A stretch of 64,000 nt of DNA from Aureliella sp. (GCA_963691875.1 OY829846.1:3360001-3424000), one strand, 5' to 3'; counted from the stretch's first letter, positions 19,458-29,886 are shown. Notes: generated from the sequence alone by a model not told the origin. Translations and numbers: made by a program.

Positions 19458-21074
19458 ATGAAAAAGCTAATTTGTGCACTTCTGTTGCTTTGCATCGCCT
19501 CTCAAGCGATAGCTGAAGACGCAAAAAAATACAAAGAGATCGATTTCCAGGAGCCTAGCACCCAGGAAAAGAAGCGTGCTCGTGATTATGCCAAGGGACG
19601 CCAACAGAATGGCGAAGCAGTCCTTAAAAAGGTGATCACCGCCGAGGTTAGCAAGCTGACTCATGAGTCCCAAGCCGAGGATCTCGGTTCGATCCGCAAG
19701 GGACTCGTCGACAATTTCCTTTTCTCGACGCCCACCGGAGAAGCCAGATCGATCGCGGTTGATACCGTGCTCCGAGGAACAACAGTTATCGCTCAGAGTG
19801 ACAACTATAGTCCTCCGGCTCGAATCAACGCTATGGTCCTGCTTGCTGGACTCGATGATGCCCCAGGAAATGGTGGCAGCACTCCACCGCAACCTTGTGC
19901 CAAAGCTCTTAATGTGCTGGTGCAAATGGGGAGGGATGAAAACCAACCGCTGTACCTCAGGTCTATCGCTTTGTGTGGAATCGAGCGTCAAATCGGACGC
20001 TACTTCCACACGAACGCTTGGAATGTCAACATGAAGCGAGTTATCGGCCAAACGTTGATGCAGATCATTAACAGCAGCCCCAAGACGGAACTGGACTTGG
20101 TTGCACATGGATGGATGGTTCGTCGAGCAATGGACTGCATGGCAGCAACGGGAGCCTACGTCCCAGCGCTTGCCGACAAGGTCATCACAATGCTCGGTGA
20201 TGAAAACACACTGCCAAGCCTGAGAATGAGCTCCGCAAAGTATATGATGCTGATGGACAACACCAAGCTCACGTCAGAGCAGAAGAAAGCCTACTTCATC
20301 AGCCTCGCACACTTCATGCGTAGCCAACTCGTCGACTGGTATGAGATGGAAGACGACCTACTGAATCGTTCCGGCGGTGGCTCGACTGCCTTTGGTGGCG
20401 GCATGGGTGGCGGCATGGGCGGCGGCATGGGCGGCGGCATGGGCGGCGGCTACGGCGGAGAAGGTGGAATGGGTTCTGGCATGGGCGGTCCCGGCGGCGG
20501 CTACGGCGGTGAAGGCGGAATGGGCTCCGGCATGGGTATGGGTGGTCCAGGCGGTGGCATGGGGATGGGCGGATCTGGCTACGGCTCAGGATCCACCAAG
20601 GTCAAAGCCAAAGATGTGATGGATTGGAAGGCGATGGTTGCACGTCGTCGCGTGAATCAGATCGCTGAAATCTCTCACCTTTGCCTCGATGGCTTCCCAG
20701 TGCTGGAAGGCAAGCAACCAAAGAGAATCGGAGTCGCTCTGAAAGACGCTTCTCTCGAGGCCGACGAAAGTGCTAAGCTTGACGAATTGCTCGAGAAACT
20801 GGACGAATTGCAAGAAGCGGTCAATGACGCAAATCGTATTACCAATGTCAACGACTTGCTCCAGCAAGCTGAGGCGCGTATCGAGGAAATCATGACGACG
20901 ACCGAAGCGATTCCCGGATTCCTCGACAAGTATCCTGATTTGGCAGTCGAAACTGACTTGGCATCGGTACCTGATCAGAAAGAGCCACCAGCAGAAGGAA
21001 GCGATCCGAACAAACCTGGTGATCCAGGTGACGGCGGCGAAGGTGGAGAAGGAGATAGCGGTGACGGGAACTAA
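19458..21074 (+). CDS. Secreted helical hypothetical protein with an internal Gly/Met-rich low-complexity insert and acidic tail
   Basis: 538-aa ORF with signal peptide MKKLICALLLLCIASQAIA, (GGGM)n/GGYGGEGGMG repeats and a downstream terminator. Confidence 0.85.
   Translation: MKKLICALLLLCIASQAIAEDAKKYKEIDFQEPSTQEKKRARDYAKGRQQNGEAVLKKVITAEVSKLTHESQAEDLGSIRKGLVDNFLFSTPTGEARSIAVDTVLRGTTVIAQSDNYSPPARINAMVLLAGLDDAPGNGGSTPPQPCAKALNVLVQMGRDENQPLYLRSIALCGIERQIGRYFHTNAWNVNMKRVIGQTLMQIINSSPKTELDLVAHGWMVRRAMDCMAATGAYVPALADKVITMLGDENTLPSLRMSSAKYMMLMDNTKLTSEQKKAYFISLAHFMRSQLVDWYEMEDDLLNRSGGGSTAFGGGMGGGMGGGMGGGMGGGYGGEGGMGSGMGGPGGGYGGEGGMGSGMGMGGPGGGMGMGGSGYGSGSTKVKAKDVMDWKAMVARRRVNQIAEISHLCLDGFPVLEGKQPKRIGVALKDASLEADESAKLDELLEKLDELQEAVNDANRITNVNDLLQQAEARIEEIMTTTEAIPGFLDKYPDLAVETDLASVPDQKEPPAEGSDPNKPGDPGDGGEGGEGDSGDGN
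20394..20453 (+). repeat. Coding 12-bp tandem repeat (GGGM x4)
   Basis: GG(T/C)GGCGGCATG x4 followed by GGCGGCGGCTAC. Confidence 0.9.
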
Positions 21075-21104
21075 CCCGTATTCAGACGATACTTAGAATC
21101 TTCC

Positions 21105-21136
21105 AAGCCCCGGACTTTGTCGCCGGGGTTTTTCTT
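21105..21136 (+). terminator. Rho-independent terminator
   Basis: GCCCCGG-loop-CCGGGGT followed by TTTTCTT. Confidence 0.8.
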
Positions 21137-21401
21137 GTCGCTGCACGGTCAGACCGCTGCAAAGCAGCCAGCAACATCCGGCAACATGTTGCATCGGATG
21201 TTACTTCTGCTAACGTCCCTTTTCCTTCATTAGCAGCAGAGATCTCATAAGTGCAACGATGACCGAACGCGCCCAAGAAACCCACGGCGTTTTCTCTACC
21301 GCATCTCCGCCAGTTGGTGGTCGTCGGGAAGACTCTTGACGGAAGCAAAGCTGAGATCAACCATGCATTAGATTGCGATAGTCCTTATCGCTGTCTCGAT
21401 A

Positions 21402-21698
21402 ATGAATCTGATTGTTCCTCTTGCGATTTTGATGATTTCGATAAGTCTGGGGCTCGAAAGATCTGTGGACAATTCTGGATTCAAGGCCTTGACGATGCTG
21501 TATCTGGGCCTGATCTTCATTCTCAACGTCCAAATCGCGATTGGAGCCTATTGCATGCTGACGCCGGAGAATTACGAGTCGGCTCGATGGGCAGCAGGTC
21601 TCAACTGCCGACCATTGTTGGTCCCGGGCTGCTTGGTGGAACTCCGCTCGGGCTTGTCTCCTGAAGAGGCAATAGGGCTATTCGCAGATCAAGAGTGA
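21402..21698 (+). CDS. Small hypothetical membrane protein (may be a fragment)
   Basis: 98 aa with two hydrophobic helices. Confidence 0.4.
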   Translation: MNLIVPLAILMISISLGLERSVDNSGFKALTMLYLGLIFILNVQIAIGAYCMLTPENYESARWAAGLNCRPLLVPGCLVELRSGLSPEEAIGLFADQE

Positions 21699-21718
21699 AC
21701 CTGCGGCCGACTAGAGAA

Positions 21719-22288
21719 CTATGTCTCTTTGGTGCTATCTTCGCTGCCACCAGCGGATTCCTGTTCACCATGTGCCGCCGGATTGTCGCCCTTTGAGTGG
21801 GTCCCATGTGGAGTATTCATGGCTGTCACTGCGACTCCCAGAACGGTCATCGCGATGCCGCCCCAAAGAAAGCTACTCCCGGATTCACCGTACTTCCAAA
21901 GGGACACTAATGCCGTGATCGTAACAGCCCCGCCAAATACGATCGGCATGACCAACAGTGCGTTCCCGCGCGAATACATCATCGCACTCGTTAGACAAAG
22001 AGCACCAAAAGCACCTAGCGATCCAGCCAAGAATCCCCATTTGGCGGTAGCAAAATTTGCGCCTACATAGTTAAACGAGTCGCCTTTGAACTTCATCATC
22101 GCCAGTCCGCCGATGATACCGATCACGAGGTAAGCCACTCCGATAAACACATAGGGCTTAAAGGGCGACCAAAGTGGCTTGCCATCCACTTTCGGAGCCG
22201 CCGCGTTCCCGATGGTCGGACCGTAGCATCCCCAAAACAAGGCAGTTCCGAGGGCGAAGAGGATTGGCAGTAGGATGGTTTTGAACAT
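21719..22288 (-). CDS. Conserved hypothetical multi-pass membrane protein (DMT/EamA-like)
   Basis: Start at ATG 22288 (MFKTILLP); LFWGCYGP, PFKPYVFIGVAY, VMPIVFGGA; about 5 TM helices. Confidence 0.75.
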   Translation of the reverse strand: MFKTILLPILFALGTALFWGCYGPTIGNAAAPKVDGKPLWSPFKPYVFIGVAYLVIGIIGGLAMMKFKGDSFNYVGANFATAKWGFLAGSLGAFGALCLTSAMMYSRGNALLVMPIVFGGAVTITALVSLWKYGESGSSFLWGGIAMTVLGVAVTAMNTPHGTHSKGDNPAAHGEQESAGGSEDSTKET

Positions 22289-22736
22289 GAGGTTCTCTTG
22301 AAATGCTCGATTGGGAAGGGCTTGGCACGCGTTTCGGGAAGCTGCCTTTGGGCCAGGGCTAACATCCAACCGGACAAAATTGCCCAGTTTCTATGATTTT
22401 GCTAGCCCAAACTGGCCGGTTCGACGAGGAATGATAAACGCTATCGATCATTCCGCGAAGCACGATTGCCGACTTGGCTCTTCAGTATTCCTTTGCGGAG
22501 CCTGAAAAATCTGAGCTTGCGACTTCTCGACGAAGTAGTACCATTATCGTTCAAATATAGTAACTGAGGAAAGTAAGACCGATCGCCGTAGGATCGTGCC
22601 GAGTAGCGGCCCCCCTGTTGTGAAGTGGTTTATCTCAGGATTAGCGACTGTTTGTCAATTGGCCTCAATGATCGAAGGAGGCTTTTTGAGGCTGCTTGGT
22701 TTAGGCAGAGCAAAGTACGAGTTTAAAGTACGAATA

Positions 22737-23006
22737 ATGACGACCACGAAAGAATTGAAGAAGCAGGCTATCTCGGAGTACAAGACTTCGGATAACGACA
22801 CGGGTTCATCAGCGGTTCAAATTGCGATTCTCACCAAGAGAATCAACCATCTTACCGAGCACATGCGTAGCAACAAAAAAGACTACGCCAGCCGTCGAGG
22901 ATTGCTGCGTATGGTCAGCAAGAGACGTGGTTTGCTGGACTATGTTCGCGCCAATGATCCACAAGGCTACTTGGATTTGATCGGTCGCCTCGGCATTCGT
23001 AAGTAA
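22737..23006 (+). CDS. rpsO: 30S ribosomal protein S15
   Basis: 89 aa from ATG 22737: DTGSSAVQIAILTKRINHLTEH...KDYASRRGLLRMVSKRRGLLDY...LGIRK; upstream of pnp. Confidence 0.97.
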   Translation: MTTTKELKKQAISEYKTSDNDTGSSAVQIAILTKRINHLTEHMRSNKKDYASRRGLLRMVSKRRGLLDYVRANDPQGYLDLIGRLGIRK

Positions 23007-23346
23007 ACGAAGAACCGCTCTTGCAGTTCTGGTCGGCAGGCCAATCTCCTTTTGCGGCTGATCGGGCTTCGACTGCAGAGTCGTTCACCAACCGTTCGCT
23101 CTGCGCTAGTCTTCAAATATCGCCGCTCTTCCCGAGTTTAGCTGCTACGCTTTGTCCACGAGTGGTGCAAAGTGTCAGTGGCATCTTTTCTGTTGCTTGT
23201 TGCACTCTCTGTCGTCCGATTCCCCGTCGGAGTCCATTCTGCGGACGCACGATTTGAGAGCCGGCGTTCTGTCGCCCTTGGTTAGACGAGAACATGATAG
23301 GTTGTTGAATGCATTTTTGTTGTAATTGTTGGTATAGGAACTGCAA

Positions 23347-25743
23347 GTGAAAGTTCGAGTAGAAAAACAAATCGGTGCGCAAGTTATGTCCATGGAAACT
23401 GGACAGCTGGCCAAGCAAGCTGCGGGTAGCGTACTGGTGCAATATGGCGATACGGTTGTCTTTACTGCGACAGCATCTGGCCCATCCCGCCCAGGCACGG
23501 ATTTCTTCCCGTTGACCTGTGACTATCGAGAAAGAATGGCAGCCGCCGGAAAATTCCCAGGCGGTTTTTTAAAGCGCGAAGGTCGCCCGACGACAAAAGA
23601 AACGTTGACCAGCCGCTTGATGGACCGACCCATTCGTCCCTTGTTCCCGAAGGGATTCATCGACGAGGTCCAAGTGCAGAGCATGGTCGTCAGTAGCGAT
23701 TTGCAAAACGATGGCGACGTCTTGGCAATGAACGGTGCGGCAGCGGCCCTAAGCATCAGCCCTTTGCCATTCCAAGGTCCCATCGCTTCGGTTCGATTGG
23801 CCAAGGTTGACGGCGAACTGATCGCCTTCCCAACCAACGAGCAGCTTGAAGAGAGCGAGTTGGACTTGATCGTTTCCGGTAGCGAAAAGTCGATCTTGAT
23901 GATCGAAGGTTTCGCACAGGAGATGCCAGAGAATGACATGGCCGAAGCTGTCATGCATGCTCATACCGTTATCAAGGAAGTGATCTCGCTGATCAACGAG
24001 TTGGTCGAGAAGGTGCAGCCTGAGAAGGTAGAGTTTGTGCCTGAGCCCGACAACGGTTTACTAGGCCGTTTGAAAGACGCTGGCTTCGACACCAAGTATC
24101 GTGACGCCAAGCAAACCGAAGGCAAACAAGCTCGCGCTGAAGCCGTTAGTGCGCTGAAGGCAGAAGCCAAGGCTCACATCATTCCTGACCCAGAAGCGGA
24201 CAATGCGTTCAGCGACGACGAATTTGGCACCGCTTGGCACGACATGGAATATGATGTCATCCGCGAATTGATCCTCAGCGGGACCCGTGCAGACGGTCGT
24301 GACCACAGCAGCTTGCGTCACATCGAATGCGAGACTGACATTCTACCTCGCACCCATGGCTCTGCTGTCTTCCAGCGTGGTGAAACACAGGCACTAGTCA
24401 CCGTTGCACTTGGTACCAGCCGCGACGAACAACGTGTGGACGGGCTGATCGAAGAGTACAGCAAGAAGTTCATGCTGGACTACAACTTCCCGTCCTACTC
24501 TGTCGGCGAATGCCGCCCGATTCGTGGGCCAGGTCGTCGCGAAATCGGACACGGTGCATTGGCAGAGCGATCTGTTGCACCTTGTATCCCCGACGCTGAG
24601 GAGTTTCCATACACGATCCGCGTGATCAGTGACATTACGGAATCCAACGGGTCCTCCTCGATGGCTTCCGTTTGCGGCGCTACCCTTGGATTGATGGCCG
24701 CTGGCGTTCCCATGCTGAACCCGGTTGCTGGTATCAGCATTGGTGTCGTGAAGGAATCGGATGATCGCTGGGTTTTGCTCACCGACATTATTGGCGACGA
24801 AGATCACTTTGGTGACATGGACTTCAAGATTGCTGGTACTCCAGAAGGCATCACCGGGATTCAGCTTGACCTGAAGATCGACGGAATCAGCGAAGAGATC
24901 ATGCGAGCCACGCTCAAGCAAGCTCGTGAAGCAAGGATGGAAATCCTTCGCAAGATGATCACTGCGATTCCTCGGCCTCGCACCGAGACCAGCCGATACG
25001 CTCCACGATTGCTTCGCACCAAAATTGATGTCGACAAGATCGGCATGCTGATCGGTCCTGGTGGTAAGAACATTCGTGCCATCCAGGAAGAAACCGGCGC
25101 AACCATCGACGTGGAAGATGACGGAACGGTTGTGGTTGGTGGAACCAATGGCGACGCAGCCAAGGAAGCGATGGCTCGCGTTGAAGCTTGCACGGCAACC
25201 GCGCAGATCGGCAAGATCTACGATGGTATCGTTAGCAGCGTCCGTGACTTTGGTGCCTTCGTTGAAATCCTTCCAGGTCGCGATGGCTTGGTGCACATCA
25301 GCGAGCTATCTAGCGGATACGTTTCCAGCGTAGACGAGATCTGCAAGGTCGGCGATCCAATGCAAGTGATCGTTATCGACATCGATGATCAAGATCGCGT
25401 CAAGCTGAGCCGTCGCCAAGCTCTTGAGAAGCTCGGCATTGAAGACGAGTTTGCCAGCAATAACGACGATGATTTCGACGGTGAAGATGGTGATCGCGAG
25501 CCACGGGTAGAGCGATCACGTGATCGCGACGACCGAGGTGATCGTGGAGACCGAGGCGGACGAAATCGTGGTGGAGATCGTGGCGGACGCTACAGCGAAT
25601 CACGCGGCGGCGGCGGAGGAGGCCGTGGACGCGGACGTGGCGGTCGTGGTGGGGGCCGTGGCCGAGGTGACCGTGGCGGAGATCGAGACCGCGGTGGCGA
25701 TCGCGACCGTGGAGATCGCGGTGGTGACAGAGATCGTCGCTAA
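23347..25743 (+). CDS. pnp: Polyribonucleotide nucleotidyltransferase with an RG/RD-rich C-terminal tail
   Basis: ETGQLAKQAAGSV, GKFPGGFLKREGRP, HGSAVFQRGETQ, RREIGHGALAER, SNGSSSMAS, DHFGDMDFK; KH and S1 domains; GTG start. Confidence 0.98.
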   Translation: MKVRVEKQIGAQVMSMETGQLAKQAAGSVLVQYGDTVVFTATASGPSRPGTDFFPLTCDYRERMAAAGKFPGGFLKREGRPTTKETLTSRLMDRPIRPLFPKGFIDEVQVQSMVVSSDLQNDGDVLAMNGAAAALSISPLPFQGPIASVRLAKVDGELIAFPTNEQLEESELDLIVSGSEKSILMIEGFAQEMPENDMAEAVMHAHTVIKEVISLINELVEKVQPEKVEFVPEPDNGLLGRLKDAGFDTKYRDAKQTEGKQARAEAVSALKAEAKAHIIPDPEADNAFSDDEFGTAWHDMEYDVIRELILSGTRADGRDHSSLRHIECETDILPRTHGSAVFQRGETQALVTVALGTSRDEQRVDGLIEEYSKKFMLDYNFPSYSVGECRPIRGPGRREIGHGALAERSVAPCIPDAEEFPYTIRVISDITESNGSSSMASVCGATLGLMAAGVPMLNPVAGISIGVVKESDDRWVLLTDIIGDEDHFGDMDFKIAGTPEGITGIQLDLKIDGISEEIMRATLKQAREARMEILRKMITAIPRPRTETSRYAPRLLRTKIDVDKIGMLIGPGGKNIRAIQEETGATIDVEDDGTVVVGGTNGDAAKEAMARVEACTATAQIGKIYDGIVSSVRDFGAFVEILPGRDGLVHISELSSGYVSSVDEICKVGDPMQVIVIDIDDQDRVKLSRRQALEKLGIEDEFASNNDDDFDGEDGDREPRVERSRDRDDRGDRGDRGGRNRGGDRGGRYSESRGGGGGGRGRGRGGRGGGRGRGDRGGDRDRGGDRDRGDRGGDRDRR

Positions 25744-25826
25744 TCCAGCAGCCGTCTTCGTTTAGCAACTAGCCTTGATGCCGAATTGATCCGGTCAGCA
25801 AATCTTTGTCTAGTCAGCAGAACACA

Positions 25827-25873
25827 GGGCCTTGCCGAGAGTCAAAGCACTCTTGGCGAGGCCTTTTTTTATT
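25827..25873 (+). terminator. Rho-independent terminator of rpsO-pnp
   Basis: GGCCTTGCCGAGAGT-CAAAGC-ACTCTTGGCGAGGCC followed by TTTTTTT. Confidence 0.9.
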
Positions 25874-25903
25874 GCAGTCTTCCCCAGCTGAATGATTTGT
25901 AAA

Positions 25904-26110
25904 ATGCCTACCAAAGCCAGACGCCACGAGGACCAGAAGTACTTTTTCATCGACGTCGACCTCAGCAACCGACAGATCATCGGCTCGGGTACGGAAACCA
26001 AGTAGAATATTGACTTACACCCGAGTCGTCACCATCGCATCTTTCTCTCCTGCGACCAGCAGAACAAGCTCGTCAACCAATTGGATGAGTATTCCCATTT
26101 TCTTCGAAGA
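25904..26110 (+). pseudogene. Possible relic of a small hypothetical protein with an in-frame TAG
   Basis: MPTKARRHEDQKYFFIDVDLSNRQIIGSGTETK*NIDLHPSRHHRIFLSCDQQNKLVNQL reads as one protein across TAG 26003-26005. Confidence 0.4.
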
Positions 26111-26267
26111 GAACGAGATCACGGGCAACGGCATACGCCGACATGGTCCTGCTGAAGTACAGGTTTAGCCCCTCCGCCCAAGATGGAGTACAGGCTTAGT
26201 CTTTCTTCTTTCTGCGTATTTGCCGCAGCGATGGCTCAGAATTCAAAGAATTGGCTCATATCTGATA

Positions 26268-27125
26268 CTACGGCGCTCGCTTCCGAAGCGTCGGCCACCA
26301 GCACATGACGTCCTGCCGATACTGGCGATACGGTTCTCCGAAGCGGGTCAGCATATCACGTTCTTCGCATGGACGAACCGCAAAGTGCCAAACAGCCACG
26401 CCTAGAAGTGAATAGACCAGGACAGGCAAAGACCAGAAAGCGATTGCAATGGAGATGCCTTGTCCAATGCCTGCAATAGCCATGGGATTGCGAACAAATC
26501 GATAAGGCCCCGACACCACCAGTTTGTTGGTCTGATCCATTGGCAGAGGAGTCCCATCCCCGTCGCGAACCATGAAAACGGCGCTGGTAATACCCAGAGC
26601 GCTAAAAGATAAGAAGGAGAGCGAGCCCACAATCAACTTGGGACCAAACTCAGGTATAGCCAACGCGCCGAAGGCATCTAGCAAAACAGCTGGAATGACC
26701 GCCAACGATAGTATCCAGATGCATAGACTTTGAACAAAAGTTTTTGCTGCGTTCCAGGCTAGACTGGAAGACGAGCTTCGGAACAGATATTCGTGAAAGC
26801 ATAGGAAAATATTGTAGAACAATCCTAAGAGCATCAGACCGCTCGACAAGTAGCCACTGTTCGTCAAGATCGTTGCGTTGCAACAGTAGAGCGTGGCGTA
26901 ACCAAAAGCTCCGAGAATGAGATGTTGGATTAACGCATTGCGGAAGTAGGCGCGACCAACGGATAGCACGGCTATCAGCAGAACATCGGGGGCGAAGAAC
27001 GCCCAGAAGGCAGTAGGGGGAATGCCATCAAATTGAAATGCAGAAAAGAATGCAGGTGAACTCTCGAGCCCAAGCCACCAAAGACTCACCAGTGCAGCTT
27101 GCAGTAAATACGCAGTGCTTTTCAT
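26268..27125 (-). CDS. Isoprenylcysteine carboxylmethyltransferase/PEMT family membrane protein
   Basis: GDGTPLPMD..LVVSGPYRFVRNPMA...EERDMLTRFGEPYRQYRQDV..W; extra N-terminal TM domain. Confidence 0.85.
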   Translation of the reverse strand: MKSTAYLLQAALVSLWWLGLESSPAFFSAFQFDGIPPTAFWAFFAPDVLLIAVLSVGRAYFRNALIQHLILGAFGYATLYCCNATILTNSGYLSSGLMLLGLFYNIFLCFHEYLFRSSSSSLAWNAAKTFVQSLCIWILSLAVIPAVLLDAFGALAIPEFGPKLIVGSLSFLSFSALGITSAVFMVRDGDGTPLPMDQTNKLVVSGPYRFVRNPMAIAGIGQGISIAIAFWSLPVLVYSLLGVAVWHFAVRPCEERDMLTRFGEPYRQYRQDVMCWWPTLRKRAP

Positions 27126-27362
27126 TGTTCTACTGAGACAGACTATTCATGCCGAAGTCGCGCAAGATTGAGTTGCCGGTCTTCCGCTGCAGGCAAGACT
27201 TTAACGGCGATCGACCGGCGGAGGAACCGTAGAGATCGAGAATTTCTTCACGCGGCGAGCATTTCTGGATGAATGCTTATCTATCTATGTCTACGCCGGT
27301 ACTGAGTCATTGGCAACAATCCTACGTTTCCCCTTAGATCCAGGGCGGACTAGAATAGTGGG

Positions 27363-29813
27363 ATGGAATCAAAAGCCCCCATATCATCACGCCTACCGAT
27401 GCTCAGCTTTCCAGTCTTTACGGCCTTTCTCATGGCCGTCTTGCCCAACAGCCTCTTCGCGCGGGAGGCCGAGGCTTCAATCAAGTTCGAGGAGCAATCT
27501 AAGCGTTTCCTGGCGAGATACTGTGTCGATTGTCACGGCGGAGATGATCCAGAACGTGGTCTAAACCTCGAAGTAATCGGGCACGACGTGTCGGACGCTG
27601 CAACTTCTCAGGCGTGGAATAAGATCTTCGCGCACGTTCAATTCGACGAAATGCCACCCGAGGACAGTGAGCAACCGACGGCGAAGGAAAAGTCCGTTTT
27701 CTTGTCGAAGGTCGAATCGGAGCTAATGCGCTTTGGGCAAGGCTTCGGTTTAGACAAAAAGATATTGCTGCCGCAATATGGCAACCATGTTGATCATAAA
27801 ACGCTTTTCGATGGCAGTGTGACCGAATTACCGTTTACGCCTTCGCGACTCTGGCGACAGCGGCCCATCATCTACGACGCGATATGGGGGAACGCTTACG
27901 GACGAGCTCCTTGGTACAGCGTCAAAATCGGCGGAACAGGAAATCACCTGATTACCCGCGGGCCACACAAAGGCAAGCGGATGGCGACTCGCTACTTCGC
28001 CGACCAAGAGTACGCGAATCCGTTTTTCGAGTTCGTGCATCATGCATCGGGCTTTACGGACTACGCGACCATCATCGCCGACCAATCTTCATTAGAAGCA
28101 TTGCTCGTCAACGCCGAGACCATGGCGCAGATTTTGACCGTGGGACAAAAGGTTCGCATCGTCACGCAAGTCAAAAACAAGGGCAGTAAGACAGGCAACA
28201 ACGAAGCGATGTTCGTAGGCGGCATCACGACCACTTCTAGTGAATACCGTGGACGGATCCCTGTCGCTTTTCAAAAGATCGTCAGGAGCGAAGAAGTCGT
28301 CTCGCGGCAGGATTTTGAAGTTGCTCTCGACGTTGCCTTCGCTCTCTTTCTTCGTCGCCCACCAAGCGAAGACGAATACGAGCGTTACTGGACAAACGTT
28401 TTCCAGCGGAACATGGAACTCGGTAACAAGATGGCCTTACAGGCCGTCCTGATTTACGTCACGCTTACACCGGAATTTGTCTACCGCATGGAGCTGGGAA
28501 TGGGTGAGACTGACAAGCATGGCCGCCGATTCCTCTCGCCACAAGAACTGACCTGTGCAATCCACTACGCCTTTAACAACAAACCTGCCTTTGGCGTAGA
28601 CGAAATTGAAACCGTCGACGTTTACACGAAAAATAGCGAAGCTCCGATCAAAAAGACGATGACAACTCCGCGGCCAGCTTGGGCGGCCGGACATAGTTCG
28701 CTGGTGGTGGAAATGAAGGCCGGCAAGTTGGAAACTCGCGACGACGTCGAACGCGTGGTTCGAAAGATTCTCGATACACGTCAGAACGGCTGGCAGACAA
28801 ACCACAATCGCAATTATCTAACCACGCCCAACCCTCGCATTCTGCAGTTCTTCAGAGAATTCTTCGGCTACTACAAAGCACACGAAGTTTTCAAAGATAC
28901 TGATGAGTTCGCGAAACGCGACGGCTTTAAGCAGTTCACCAGTGGCAGCGCCATGAAGCTGGAGTACGACACGGATAGCCTCATTCGGCATATCTTGCTA
29001 GAAGACAAAAATGTGCTTTACCAACTGTTGACGACGGACAAAGTTGTCACTTCGTATTGGAATGGCGCCAACAGTGCCGATCAGATCAAACGCGGTGGTG
29101 GGCGCGAGAAGTACCAGGAAACGCATCTCGTGCAGAGCTACAACCTCGATCCGTTTGAGATGGAGTACGACAAAGACAGGAGCGAGGATAAGCTCATTCG
29201 TCAGAACGGTAAGGTGTTCCGAGCTCCCGATGGTCAGCGCTGTGGAATTCTTACCCAGCCCAGTTGGCTGATCGCGCACAGTGGGAATTTCGATAACGAT
29301 CCTGTACGACGCGGCAAATGGATTCGCGAGAAGCTCTTGGCTGGCGTAGTGATGGATGTACCGATCAATGTCGATGCGCAGATTCCTGAAGACGAACATC
29401 AGACTTTACGAGAACGTTTTAGCGTCGTGCACAAAGATAAATGTTGGCGATGCCATAAGAAAATGAACCCGCTGGGCATGCCCTTCGAAGCCTTCAATCA
29501 TGTTGGTCGTTGGCGAGACATGGAGAAAGACAAACCAGTCAATACGACAGGTACAATCACTTACACCGGCGAACAGTCAATGGAAGGCGATGTTGAGGAC
29601 GTGCGTGACATGATGGAACGACTTGCGAAGTCGGATCTCGTGCGACAGAGTTTCATTCGCCATGTCTTCCGCTACTGGATGGGACGCAATGAGATGCTGA
29701 GTGATTCCAAGACCTTGATCGCGATGGATAAGGCCTACGTTGAAAGTGAAGGCAGCTTTAAAGAGTTGCTCGTGGCACTGCTGACATCGGATTCTTTTTT
29801 GTATCGAAAGTAG
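27363..29813 (+). CDS. Planctomycete cytochrome c / DUF1592-DUF1588-DUF1585-type (PSD/PSCyt) domain protein
   Basis: Signal peptide; CVDCHG and EMPP; PEFVYRME; RCGILTQPSWL, DPVRRGKWIRE, CWRCHKKMNPLG; FRYWMGR; C-terminal SDSFLYR. Confidence 0.88.
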   Translation: MESKAPISSRLPMLSFPVFTAFLMAVLPNSLFAREAEASIKFEEQSKRFLARYCVDCHGGDDPERGLNLEVIGHDVSDAATSQAWNKIFAHVQFDEMPPEDSEQPTAKEKSVFLSKVESELMRFGQGFGLDKKILLPQYGNHVDHKTLFDGSVTELPFTPSRLWRQRPIIYDAIWGNAYGRAPWYSVKIGGTGNHLITRGPHKGKRMATRYFADQEYANPFFEFVHHASGFTDYATIIADQSSLEALLVNAETMAQILTVGQKVRIVTQVKNKGSKTGNNEAMFVGGITTTSSEYRGRIPVAFQKIVRSEEVVSRQDFEVALDVAFALFLRRPPSEDEYERYWTNVFQRNMELGNKMALQAVLIYVTLTPEFVYRMELGMGETDKHGRRFLSPQELTCAIHYAFNNKPAFGVDEIETVDVYTKNSEAPIKKTMTTPRPAWAAGHSSLVVEMKAGKLETRDDVERVVRKILDTRQNGWQTNHNRNYLTTPNPRILQFFREFFGYYKAHEVFKDTDEFAKRDGFKQFTSGSAMKLEYDTDSLIRHILLEDKNVLYQLLTTDKVVTSYWNGANSADQIKRGGGREKYQETHLVQSYNLDPFEMEYDKDRSEDKLIRQNGKVFRAPDGQRCGILTQPSWLIAHSGNFDNDPVRRGKWIREKLLAGVVMDVPINVDAQIPEDEHQTLRERFSVVHKDKCWRCHKKMNPLGMPFEAFNHVGRWRDMEKDKPVNTTGTITYTGEQSMEGDVEDVRDMMERLAKSDLVRQSFIRHVFRYWMGRNEMLSDSKTLIAMDKAYVESEGSFKELLVALLTSDSFLYRK

Positions 29814-29822
29814 GGTTTATCA

Positions 29823-29886
29823 CAACCCGAAGCGTAAGTGAGGCGCATGCCTTATGACCTCGCTCACTTGCACACGTGTCGGGTTG
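29823..29886. repeat. REP-like hairpin element (ACCCGAAGCG family) between two co-oriented genes
   Basis: CAACCCGAAGCGTAAGTGAGG...CCTCGCTCAC...GTGTCGGGTTG. Confidence 0.7.

Noticed and set aside
22596..22736. N-terminal extensions in the ORF track (rpsO 22596, DUF1552 29838, PQQ-like 48566, esterase 50662, membrane protein 22369)
   Set aside because: Family similarity or signal peptides begin at downstream starts; the DUF1552 extension runs through a REP-like element.
24394..25296. Long antisense ORFs (e.g. 24394-25296, 4296-5117, 58032-58910, 19467-20108)
   Set aside because: They are shadows of well-supported genes on the opposite strand and carry no motifs.
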